Shown: positions 1 to 6,342, counted from the stretch's first letter. The stretch: 31,129 bases of DNA from a virus (IMGVR_UViG_3300012682_000012:1-31129), one strand, 5' to 3'. Program-made: numbers and translations. Notes: generated by a model not told the origin, from the sequence alone.

Positions 1-119
1 ATCAACCGCTCGATAGGCCGTCGTCTGATGACCGGACTGCCGATTGATTACTAATTCATACTGAGGAGGCTTACAGACTGACCTAAGCCTCTGAATGTGT
101 TAATTAGCAAGGAGATGAT

Positions 120-212
120 ATGAACATACAAATAGGCTCACCGGCTTGGTACGAATGGATGGAACAAGAGCAGCAGGCCTTTTTAGATAGGGTTTCAGGA
201 GTTGATTTATGA
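120..212 (+). CDS. small hypothetical protein (30 aa)
   Basis: AAGGAG SD upstream of ATG 120; ATGA overlap with the next ORF; below the ORF-track size cutoff. Confidence 0.55.
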   Translation: MNIQIGSPAWYEWMEQEQQAFLDRVSGVDL

Positions 213-616
213 GTGATAACCATGATATGTTTTGTGCCTGTCCTGATTGTCTGAAAATAAAAAGCGGTGTTAATGATGTACATGTCGGAACCAGCACACC
301 CAACCAGGAAACGATGAGGGAGCGACTATCAGCAATCGACGTTGACTTTGGCTATGCAATTGGAAACTTAGGTACAGACTGCAAGAACAATGCCCTTGAC
401 GCCCTCGAAGCCATTATTGCCGAGGCGTGTACGTCGGCGAGGATTGATGAGCTTAAAAAAATTACCGGTAAACTCGACTTTTTATCTTGTCAACCAGATT
501 GCACAGACGAACAACACGCTAGACATGATGGTAGTTTTACGACTTACGAAAGGCATTCAAATTTAATTGATGACCGCATAGACGAACTACAAAAGCCAAC
601 TAAGGAGCAATCATGA
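209..616 (+). CDS. hypothetical phage protein (135 aa)
   Basis: Coupled to both neighbours by ATGA overlaps; N-terminal CxCxxC; internal ARIDEL/DRIDEL repeat. Confidence 0.75.
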   Translation: MSDNHDMFCACPDCLKIKSGVNDVHVGTSTPNQETMRERLSAIDVDFGYAIGNLGTDCKNNALDALEAIIAEACTSARIDELKKITGKLDFLSCQPDCTDEQHARHDGSFTTYERHSNLIDDRIDELQKPTKEQS

Positions 617-1146
617 CATCCAACAACAAAACAAATGATATCCCATATTTTGCACTTGGTAATACTGAACCGATACCGGATAACTTGCCGGAAGAATTAA
701 AAACCCTACTCAGTGCAGGACGTAGAGAAGCCGGGTATGACGATAACGGCAACAAAACACCTGATTCCGTTGACGTTGCACACGGGAATGTAAACATGAT
801 TGGCGACAGCGAACTACAGGCGATACTCGAAGAATTGCACGAAAGGGTTGCAATGAGCTGGATTAAAAACGACAGACAAACACACTCCATGCTTACTCAT
901 ACAAATGGTGACAGTTGCGTTACCGAAGCCATAACCGCCCTGCACAAGTGGCGCCGAGATACATGCTTGGCTAGGGTGCCGGAGAAAAAGACATTAAAAA
1001 CAGATACACCACTTGATGACGAAGACGGCGATAAGTTCTGTGTCGAATGTGGACAGTTTGAATTTGAAGGAAAACTTTACTGTCAATGCGTAGGTTTTAA
1101 CGAAGCAATCGACCAGATGAAGCAAGCAATAAGCGAGGGGGAATAG
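613..1146 (+). CDS. hypothetical phage protein with C-terminal Cys cluster (177 aa); paralog-like to 8345-8989
   Basis: AAGGAG SD; CVECG...CQC; shares the W-R-x5-A-x2-PEKK block with 8345-8989. Confidence 0.75.
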   Translation: MTSNNKTNDIPYFALGNTEPIPDNLPEELKTLLSAGRREAGYDDNGNKTPDSVDVAHGNVNMIGDSELQAILEELHERVAMSWIKNDRQTHSMLTHTNGDSCVTEAITALHKWRRDTCLARVPEKKTLKTDTPLDDEDGDKFCVECGQFEFEGKLYCQCVGFNEAIDQMKQAISEGE

Positions 1147-1299
1147 ATGTCAACACCCCAACTAGTAGGCACCCTAGCCGGTATCTTCGCCCTGTTCTGT
1201 ATAGCGACCGTCTGGAGTGTGGCTGTGATGATTGGACGCATGAGCGAGACTTCGCATCAGGATTATGTGGACCGGATTGGGGATGGGAAGGACCAGTGA
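1147..1299 (+). CDS. small single-TM membrane protein (50 aa)
   Basis: MSTPQLVGTLAGIFALFCIATVWSVAVMIG...; fills the gap exactly; GTGA overlap with rusA. Confidence 0.6.
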   Translation: MSTPQLVGTLAGIFALFCIATVWSVAVMIGRMSETSHQDYVDRIGDGKDQ

Positions 1300-1655
1300 T
1301 AATCTCAGTTACCCCGATGGGTGCGCCACGAATGACACAGAGAGACCGCTGGAAAGGCCGCCCAGTCGTAGAGCGGTATCATGCCTATAAGGATGTAGTA
1401 AAGCTATCCCTGCCCGGCTACGTCCTGCCGCCAGTCCTCAAGATAGAGTTTCATATAGCCCTACCGAAGTCCTATAGTAGTAAAAAGAAACTCAGCCTGT
1501 ACGGTCAGTACCACAGCGAGAAGCCGGATATTGATAACCTAGTCAAAGGCTTCATGGACTGTTTCGGCAGTGACGCTCATGTCGCTGTACTACATGCCGG
1601 TAAGTACTGGTGTGTCGAGGGTGAAGCACCTTGTATAGTATTAGGAGAAACATGA
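1296..1655 (+). CDS. rusA: RusA-family Holliday junction resolvase
   Basis: KPDIDNLVKGFMD...D catalytic signature, N-terminal P-x-x-x-P-R, typical size. Confidence 0.85.
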   Translation: MIISVTPMGAPRMTQRDRWKGRPVVERYHAYKDVVKLSLPGYVLPPVLKIEFHIALPKSYSSKKKLSLYGQYHSEKPDIDNLVKGFMDCFGSDAHVAVLHAGKYWCVEGEAPCIVLGET

Positions 1656-3697
1656 ATATTACACATTACGATCTGTTCGCCGGTATCGGTGGATTTTCAA
1701 TAGCCTTAGAGGAGGTTTTCGACGATGCAACAATTAAGCATATTTTCTGTGAGTGGGAGTCATTCCCTACCAGCGTCCTTAGAAACCACTGGCCGGACGG
1801 CGAGTTCTACGGTGACATCGCTGACCTTGTTACCGACACCTCAAGCCAGCGACAACAGGGACAGGGGAAGTATAAACGACCCAAGCATACAAAGGCGGAT
1901 AAGATTGGGGAAACAAATACCATTGCAAGCAATAATACAAAGGGATTCACGATTGTTACCGGTGGATTCCCCTGCCAGCCATTCAGTCACGCCGGACGAA
2001 GACAGGGAACGGCTGACGACCGCTCTGTCGGGGATGCTTGCACTTGCGGAAAGCAATGTAGTATTATCGGTGTATGCAACGGAGATACGACAACATCTGT
2101 CCAAGATGCAAGGAACGGCCTCGTCGGACAGTCAATCGAAAAGGCGAGCAAGTCAACGCAGGGTTTTGCCAACCCTGTTCAACAGTCCATCAAACGGAGT
2201 GGAGAGCAGCCAACAGAGAGAAACGTCGAGCAACGGAGCGAGCTTGGGCATTCAAACACAAGAACGAGATATTCAAACGATATGGAGGGAAATGCGTCTG
2301 CTGTGGAGAAGCCAACCGAGCATTTCTCACAATCGACCACATCAACGGAGGGGGGAACGAGGAACGGAAACGAGTCCACAACCAGACATGGAGACTCGTT
2401 ATCAAGGACAACTACCCACCGGACAAGTACCAAATCATGTGCTACAACTGCAACAACGCCAAGCATCGCCTCGGAACCTGTCCACACCAGAAGTAGAGAC
2501 TTTACAATTGTCACAGGAGGATTCCCATGTCAACCCTTCTCACATGCTGGTAGACGAAAAGGTACAGCCGACGAAAGATACCAATGGCCTAATATGTTCA
2601 ACGTCATTAAAAACGTCAAACCCGACTGGGTCATCGCTGAAAACGTGCGTGGGCTTGTTACTTGGAACGACGGACTGGTACTCGAAACAGTGTGCGCTGA
2701 CTTGGAAAGCGAAGGTTACGAAGTCCAACCGCTTATTATTCCAGCTGTCGCCGTCGGTGCGCCGCACAGAAGGGACAGGGTCTGGATCATCGCCAATCGC
2801 CCTGACACCGACAGCCAGCGAGAGCGTGATGGACTTGGTGAAGTTCAAGGCAAGAATGGAGAAGTACCCGAACGGAACGACCATGCCGAACCTGGCGACA
2901 CAGGTAGACAACCTGAAGAAAGCCACCAACATCAAAATGCTCAAAACCCCTTCAGCCAGCGAGTGGAACGGCGGGGCGAAAGTGCAGGACAAATACTGGG
3001 AGGCGAAAGCTCCGAAGTTCAAGACACGGGACCAAGTTGGCCGGATTGGAATAGAAACTGGCAAGAAGTTGCGTTTAGCACCTGCGATGACTCAATGGAT
3101 GCAAGGTTTTCCACCTTCTTGGACGGACTTCCAGTAGATGTTTATGGTACAATGATGGTATATGGGACGCAAAGCTATACTAGAACAAATGAAAATATGC
3201 CCCGCTTGCAAGCAGCCTTTCAATCGCCGGAGGTTCGGGAAAAGATTAGAGGATTTTACCCGATGGCAAGCGAGGAAATTCTGTACGAAATCGTGTGCCA
3301 ACTCGAAAGAGGTCTTGAGTCATCCAAAAAGCTATCTGCGGAGAATTCTGACTATACCGAAAGAAGTCTGCACTCAGTGTGGTGTGAAGAAATCAGACGG
3401 CAAGCAGATAAGCGTTCATCACAAGGATGGAGACTTATCGAACAACAAGCCAGAGAACTTACAGATATTGTGCCAGAGTTGCCATATGAAATTGCATTGG
3501 AGCTTATGGAGGCAGGGTATTGTCTTTGGAAACTATACTCGAGCTTACACCCCAAAGCGGTGGCAGACCCCAGACTTGTGGACGGAGTTCCCTACAGTCG
3601 AGCCAAGTGGAGAAAAGATAGCCTCAAAGCCTACGGTAACGGTATCTGCCCCCAAGTCGCCATTGAAATAATGAAAGCTATCAAACAGGCTATTTAA
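1652..3697 (+). CDS. C5 DNA cytosine methyltransferase, alpha chain (681 aa; motif IV duplicated, motif IX absent, two in-frame inserts)
   Basis: Motif I DLFAGIGGF, II FCEWE, III GDI, IV GGFPCQPFS twice, VI ENVRGL, VIII PHRRDRVWII, X AYGNGICPQVA. Start placed at ATG 1652 (AGGAGA SD, ATGA overlap with rusA) rather than TTG 1631. Confidence 0.92.
   Translation: MNITHYDLFAGIGGFSIALEEVFDDATIKHIFCEWESFPTSVLRNHWPDGEFYGDIADLVTDTSSQRQQGQGKYKRPKHTKADKIGETNTIASNNTKGFTIVTGGFPCQPFSHAGRRQGTADDRSVGDACTCGKQCSIIGVCNGDTTTSVQDARNGLVGQSIEKASKSTQGFANPVQQSIKRSGEQPTERNVEQRSELGHSNTRTRYSNDMEGNASAVEKPTEHFSQSTTSTEGGTRNGNESTTRHGDSLSRTTTHRTSTKSCATTATTPSIASEPVHTRSRDFTIVTGGFPCQPFSHAGRRKGTADERYQWPNMFNVIKNVKPDWVIAENVRGLVTWNDGLVLETVCADLESEGYEVQPLIIPAVAVGAPHRRDRVWIIANRPDTDSQRERDGLGEVQGKNGEVPERNDHAEPGDTGRQPEESHQHQNAQNPFSQRVERRGESAGQILGGESSEVQDTGPSWPDWNRNWQEVAFSTCDDSMDARFSTFLDGLPVDVYGTMMVYGTQSYTRTNENMPRLQAAFQSPEVREKIRGFYPMASEEILYEIVCQLERGLESSKKLSAENSDYTERSLHSVWCEEIRRQADKRSSQGWRLIEQQARELTDIVPELPYEIALELMEAGYCLWKLYSSLHPKAVADPRLVDGVPYSRAKWRKDSLKAYGNGICPQVAIEIMKAIKQAI
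1725..3137 (+). CDS. overprinted methyltransferase beta chain (470 aa; TRD-like repeats plus motif IX)
   Basis: Open for 470 codons in the +1 frame inside alpha; GGAGG SD at 1711-1715; ends RLAPAMTQWMQGFPPSWT (motif IX-like); three L-x-T-P-x-A-S-[DE] modules. Confidence 0.85.
   Translation: MQQLSIFSVSGSHSLPASLETTGRTASSTVTSLTLLPTPQASDNRDRGSINDPSIQRRIRLGKQIPLQAIIQRDSRLLPVDSPASHSVTPDEDRERLTTALSGMLALAESNVVLSVYATEIRQHLSKMQGTASSDSQSKRRASQRRVLPTLFNSPSNGVESSQQRETSSNGASLGIQTQERDIQTIWREMRLLWRSQPSISHNRPHQRRGERGTETSPQPDMETRYQGQLPTGQVPNHVLQLQQRQASPRNLSTPEVETLQLSQEDSHVNPSHMLVDEKVQPTKDTNGLICSTSLKTSNPTGSSLKTCVGLLLGTTDWYSKQCALTWKAKVTKSNRLLFQLSPSVRRTEGTGSGSSPIALTPTASESVMDLVKFKARMEKYPNGTTMPNLATQVDNLKKATNIKMLKTPSASEWNGGAKVQDKYWEAKAPKFKTRDQVGRIGIETGKKLRLAPAMTQWMQGFPPSWTDFQ
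2038..2067 (+). promoter_or_regulatory. putative internal sigma70-type promoter for nested HNH-1 (leaderless)
   Basis: TTGCAC(2038-43)-N18-TATTAT(2062-67)-N6-ATG(2074). Confidence 0.5.
2074..2496 (+). CDS. HNH endonuclease nested in the third forward frame (HNH-1)
   Basis: CPRC...CQPC Zn finger, then YGGKCVCCGE...LTIDHINGGG...QIMCYNCN HNH core; stop lies 4 nt before motif IV copy 2. Confidence 0.88.
   Translation: MQRRYDNICPRCKERPRRTVNRKGEQVNAGFCQPCSTVHQTEWRAANREKRRATERAWAFKHKNEIFKRYGGKCVCCGEANRAFLTIDHINGGGNEERKRVHNQTWRLVIKDNYPPDKYQIMCYNCNNAKHRLGTCPHQK
3162..3671 (+). CDS. HNH endonuclease nested in the alpha chain, in the beta frame (HNH-2)
   Basis: CPAC...CTKSC Zn finger; CTQCG...VHHKDGDLSNNKPENLQILCQSCH HNH core; TGgTACAAT (3145-53) lies 8 nt before the ATG. 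Confidence 0.9.
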   Translation: MGRKAILEQMKICPACKQPFNRRRFGKRLEDFTRWQARKFCTKSCANSKEVLSHPKSYLRRILTIPKEVCTQCGVKKSDGKQISVHHKDGDLSNNKPENLQILCQSCHMKLHWSLWRQGIVFGNYTRAYTPKRWQTPDLWTEFPTVEPSGEKIASKPTVTVSAPKSPLK

Positions 3698-3712
3698 GAT
3701 ATTTAACTGCCG

Positions 3713-3743
3713 ATATAGCAAGCACTATGTATGCTTGCTATAT
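3713..3743. repeat. 12-bp perfect inverted repeat after the MTase gene
   Basis: ATATAGCAAGCA-ctatgta-TGCTTGCTATAT. Confidence 0.75.
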
Positions 3744-3882
3744 GAAGACCTTACAGACATCCCCAGAACGTATAAGCCGCCGGGCATTCTGTCGGCCTTC
3801 ACAAGAAGCTATGAAGAACCGGGTACTGTTACCGGGGATACATGAGTGTCTTGTAGTAAGATGAGTATGTCAGGTTGTCACC

Positions 3883-3911
3883 GCCCTCTCTAATGTGAGA
3901 GGGCTTTTTTT
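3883..3911 (+). terminator. intrinsic terminator
   Basis: GCCCTCTC-taatgt-GAGAGGGC followed by T7. Confidence 0.85.
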
Positions 3912-4174
3912 GTATTCTAAACAGACCTTCTTTTCTCTTGCTAAGAAGGCCACCTTACAATCAACTGGCTCGGAAGTGGATTCTATTACTAGAGTCTTAC
4001 TATTCCTTATAGTCAGTGGTATTACAACGTCAGTACTACTAGGTAGTCCAAACGAAGTGCGGAAGATATTACAATATTTACTTGCCGCTAATTGTTAAAG
4101 TTCAGAGGGGGTCTATCCTCACTTCCTCACCAGAGCTTTATTACGATAAGCTAAAACGCTGTTTATACTTGTGG

Positions 4175-4361
4175 CCTTAGCAAATAAGCAAAGTAGAGGG
4201 AGGTATTAACCAATTTATAGCCTCGATAAAGGCGTTTTATCAGTTTATTGCAGGTAAGGGGTCATCTGTTATTCCGGCGGCCATTAACTACTCTAGGTGA
4301 GTGCTCGACTACCTCCGGCAGCTTACTTGCTACTGCCCTCTATATTGCTTACTTGTTAAGG
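4175..4361. ncRNA. candidate structured ncRNA
   Basis: 26-nt imperfect inverted repeat (4175-4200 / 4336-4361) enclosing further stems; no long ORF. Confidence 0.45.
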
Positions 4362-4413
4362 TGTGTACCGGCCTTTTAAAGTCTCCCGGTGGCTGTATAA
4401 AGCCTGACCAGAC

Positions 4414-4488
4414 TTGACGCAAGGCTTATATGTATACTACACTATAGGTAGGTTAAGAAGTCGGACACATCGAAAGATGTGTCTTTTT
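4414..4488 (+). ncRNA. candidate ~40-nt antisense sRNA with promoter and terminator
   Basis: TTGACG-N18-TACACT; GACACATC-GAAA-GATGTGTC-T5; opposing promoter TTGCTA-N17-TATAGT on the minus strand at 4572-4544. Confidence 0.55.
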
Positions 4489-4619
4489 CTATATGTAAGA
4501 CACTCACTCGCTAGTCTTGGGTTAAGAAGTCTAGCTATCAATCACTATACAGCTAACGCTCAAAACTAGCAACATCTGGTCACTCCCCCGCCCTTCTACC
4601 CCTTCTGAGGCTCTTAAAA

Positions 4620-4662
4620 TGCCTGTAGGTTACGTTTTTAGCCTATCCGTAACCTACAGGCA
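4620..4662. repeat. 15-bp perfect inverted repeat
   Basis: TGCCTGTAGGTTACG-N13-CGTAACCTACAGGCA. Confidence 0.85.
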
Positions 4663-4689
4663 AGGGCAGAAGTGATATGATACGGCTAT

Positions 4690-4848
4690 ATGAAGCGTAT
4701 CGTAGACGGCCTCTTAGTCCTTATCTGTGCAATTATGGGTAGCTACTCCTTGATTGATGGTCGGCTGTTCATAGCCCTTATATACTTCATCGTCGGGTTT
4801 CTGTTCTACATGCAGCTGGAACGTGGCGTGTTTAAGGACGGCAAGTAG
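4690..4848 (+). CDS. small two-TM membrane protein (52 aa), probably leaderless
   Basis: MKRIVDGLLVLICAIMGSYSLIDGRLFIALIYFIVGFLFYMQLERGVFKDGK; TGaTATGAT 8 nt before the ATG. Confidence 0.6.
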   Translation: MKRIVDGLLVLICAIMGSYSLIDGRLFIALIYFIVGFLFYMQLERGVFKDGK

Positions 4849-4869
4849 CTGTATACATAAATGTGAACA

Positions 4870-4915
4870 CAAAAAATCGCCCTTGTTGAAACCTTACGGT
4901 AGGGGCGATTGTTTT
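4870..4915. terminator. bidirectional terminator between convergent membrane-protein genes
   Basis: A-tract, AATCGCCC...GGGCGATT stem, T-tract. Confidence 0.65.
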
Positions 4916-4948
4916 GTTGAGGGCTACCACCGGTGAGTGGTATATCTA

Positions 4949-5164
4949 TTATACCTGACGATTGCCGGTGAAAAAACTAGCCAGACCTGCCAGTAAGGCA
5001 AGTACGGCTGCAAACTTGGTGATGATGTCAGCAACTCCGACTGCTTGTGGTACTTGCTTCAGAATGGCGGCAATTATAAGCAATATTACAAACACGCAGA
5101 CTCCGTAGAATACTGCCAGGATTATCTTACCTAGTAAGTTAGTCGGTGAAAAGAAATTGTTCAT
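4949..5164 (-). CDS. small two-TM membrane protein (71 aa)
   Basis: Two hydrophobic helices; GGAG SD upstream. Confidence 0.75.
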   Translation of the reverse strand: MNNFFSPTNLLGKIILAVFYGVCVFVILLIIAAILKQVPQAVGVADIITKFAAVLALLAGLASFFTGNRQV

Positions 5165-5206
5165 ATATAGTTACTCCGTTTAATTACTTATACAATAGCA
5201 CACATG

Positions 5207-5407
5207 AAAAACACCCCTATTGCTAGAGGTGTTAGTGAACTTTATTTCTTGCGATTAGGTTCGTATTTGTATTTGGCGATAACGGTATAGGTTTGAACCT
5301 AGCCACCATGTTTGTTAATACAGACAATCCCGATCCTATTGCGAGCTAAGATCAGTTTTTAATTGTTCGTAACCTTGTATCAGGTTGTCTATGCTTGGAG
5401 TATACCA
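5207..5407 (-). ncRNA. candidate ~190-nt structured sRNA unit
   Basis: TGGTATACT extended -10 (5407-5399); terminator at 5233-5207; stems with G-U pairs that work only on the minus strand. Confidence 0.5.
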
Positions 5408-5464
5408 CATAGTTCTTATGCTACAACCATAAAATATTCACATAGGTAGCGTATACTCAGGACT

Positions 5465-5674
5465 ATGAAAGCAAAACAAATACGTTACATCGACCTTAAC
5501 CGTTCCAAATATCACCTGACAGGAGTTTCCAAGTACTTCAATGACTGGGTAGCGAAGATCAAGTATCAGGGCAAAGTTCATAAAATTGGCATTTACTCAA
5601 CACCAGAAGCAGCACATCAGGCATACTTAAAGACTTGTAAAGCACTCGGTATAAAGGTGAAGACTAAGCCGTAG
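5465..5674 (+). CDS. stand-alone AP2-domain DNA-binding protein
   Basis: TGVS...WVAKIKYQGKVHKIGIYSTPEAAHQAY; TATACT 7 nt before the ATG. Confidence 0.8.
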   Translation: MKAKQIRYIDLNRSKYHLTGVSKYFNDWVAKIKYQGKVHKIGIYSTPEAAHQAYLKTCKALGIKVKTKP

Positions 5675-5951
5675 CTAGTTTTAGAGAACCGAACGTCGGT
5701 GTAACAGGTTCACGCCGTATACGTTCAATCCGTAGATGTGCATCCGTCACGACATGCAGCTGACGTTTGAGTACTCTATGTACGTCGATCCGTTCCGGCA
5801 GGTTGTCCTCTGCTAATATCGTGAACTGTCTGCCATTACATGTACCGTGTAGGAAGCTCACACAGCCGTCTAGACTGGCGATCAGCGGTGATACGGGTAA
5901 TTCTGTAACTGGTGGTTGAAAGTGTATTGTGATGACTGTAGTATAGCACAA
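5664..5951 (-). CDS. hypothetical protein (start uncertain)
   Basis: 95-codon ORF with no internal ATG; TGcTATACT lies just inside the annotated TTG start. Confidence 0.5.
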   Translation of the reverse strand: MCYTTVITIHFQPPVTELPVSPLIASLDGCVSFLHGTCNGRQFTILAEDNLPERIDVHRVLKRQLHVVTDAHLRIERIRREPVTPTFGSLKLATA

Positions 5952-5972
5952 TCATAAAACGTATGATAACTA

Positions 5973-6005
5973 TTGACATGTACTATGTATTACATGTACT
6001 ATGTA
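5973..6005 (+). promoter_or_regulatory. sigma70-type promoter overlapped by a 14-bp direct repeat (operator candidate)
   Basis: TTGACA-N18-TACTAT; ACATGTACTATGTA at 5976-5989 and 5992-6005. Confidence 0.75.
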
Positions 6006-6034
6006 ATCATAACAAACACAAGGAGACAAACGTT

Positions 6035-6163
6035 ATGCAACTAGTAAATAGAATCGAGGAATACATGGCATTACGAGGCAACAAGAAGAATCAACATAGT
6101 ATCGACATGGATGGATATAAAGTATATTACGAGCAGATTGGTAACGTAAAGGGAAACCGTTAA
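6035..6163 (+). CDS. small hypothetical protein (42 aa)
   Basis: AAGGAG SD before ATG 6035; the upstream extension in the ORF track overlaps the promoter. Confidence 0.6.
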   Translation: MQLVNRIEEYMALRGNKKNQHSIDMDGYKVYYEQIGNVKGNR

Positions 6164-6342
6164 TGTCCTGTGAGACAGTCGTACAGAAAGCCTTTGATAA
6201 GCTCTACGACCTAGAAGTGTTCCTACCTGACAACTCCGAACCCTGCACTGCCGACCTCCTCTGTGAACGTCGTGGTGTCAGGCATCGTAAGGACTGCATC
6301 GGTAAGACCATCAGTATCGAGAGTTATGCCAGGGGACTATAA
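6163..6342 (+). CDS. small Cys/His-containing protein (59 aa)
   Basis: TAATG coupling at both ends; MSCETVVQKAFDKLYDLEV... Confidence 0.55.
   Translation: MSCETVVQKAFDKLYDLEVFLPDNSEPCTADLLCERRGVRHRKDCIGKTISIESYARGL

Larger units (their letters stand above)
1946..2578 (+). repeat. recoded direct repeat of catalytic motif IV (1946-2023 and 2501-2578)
   Basis: FTIVTGGFPCQPFSHAGRRQGTADDR vs FTIVTGGFPCQPFSHAGRRKGTADER; 24/26 aa identical, only 5/26 codons identical; offset 555 nt. Confidence 0.95.

Noticed and set aside
2024-2500. Intein or group I/II intron explaining the MTase inserts
   Set aside because: The alpha insert has no C-terminal His-Asn or intein blocks, the HNH is in a different frame, and I could not see intron core elements. 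Open host frames make splicing unnecessary. Not excluded without RT-PCR or cmscan.
1841-3555. Minus-strand ORFs over the MTase (1841-2104, 1987-2172, 2179-2514, 2190-2411, 2540-3064, 3092-3301, 3352-3555)
   Set aside because: No motifs or expression signals; expected shadows of multiply constrained DNA.
3871-4098. ORF 3895-4098 (+) and its stop-free mirror frame on the minus strand
   Set aside because: The plus ORF starts inside a terminator loop without an SD; the minus frame has no start codon near its 5' end.
4091-4104. boxA-like CTTTAACAA on the minus strand (similar at ~4355 and ~26268)
   Set aside because: Partial match in AT-rich DNA and no recognisable antiterminator gene.
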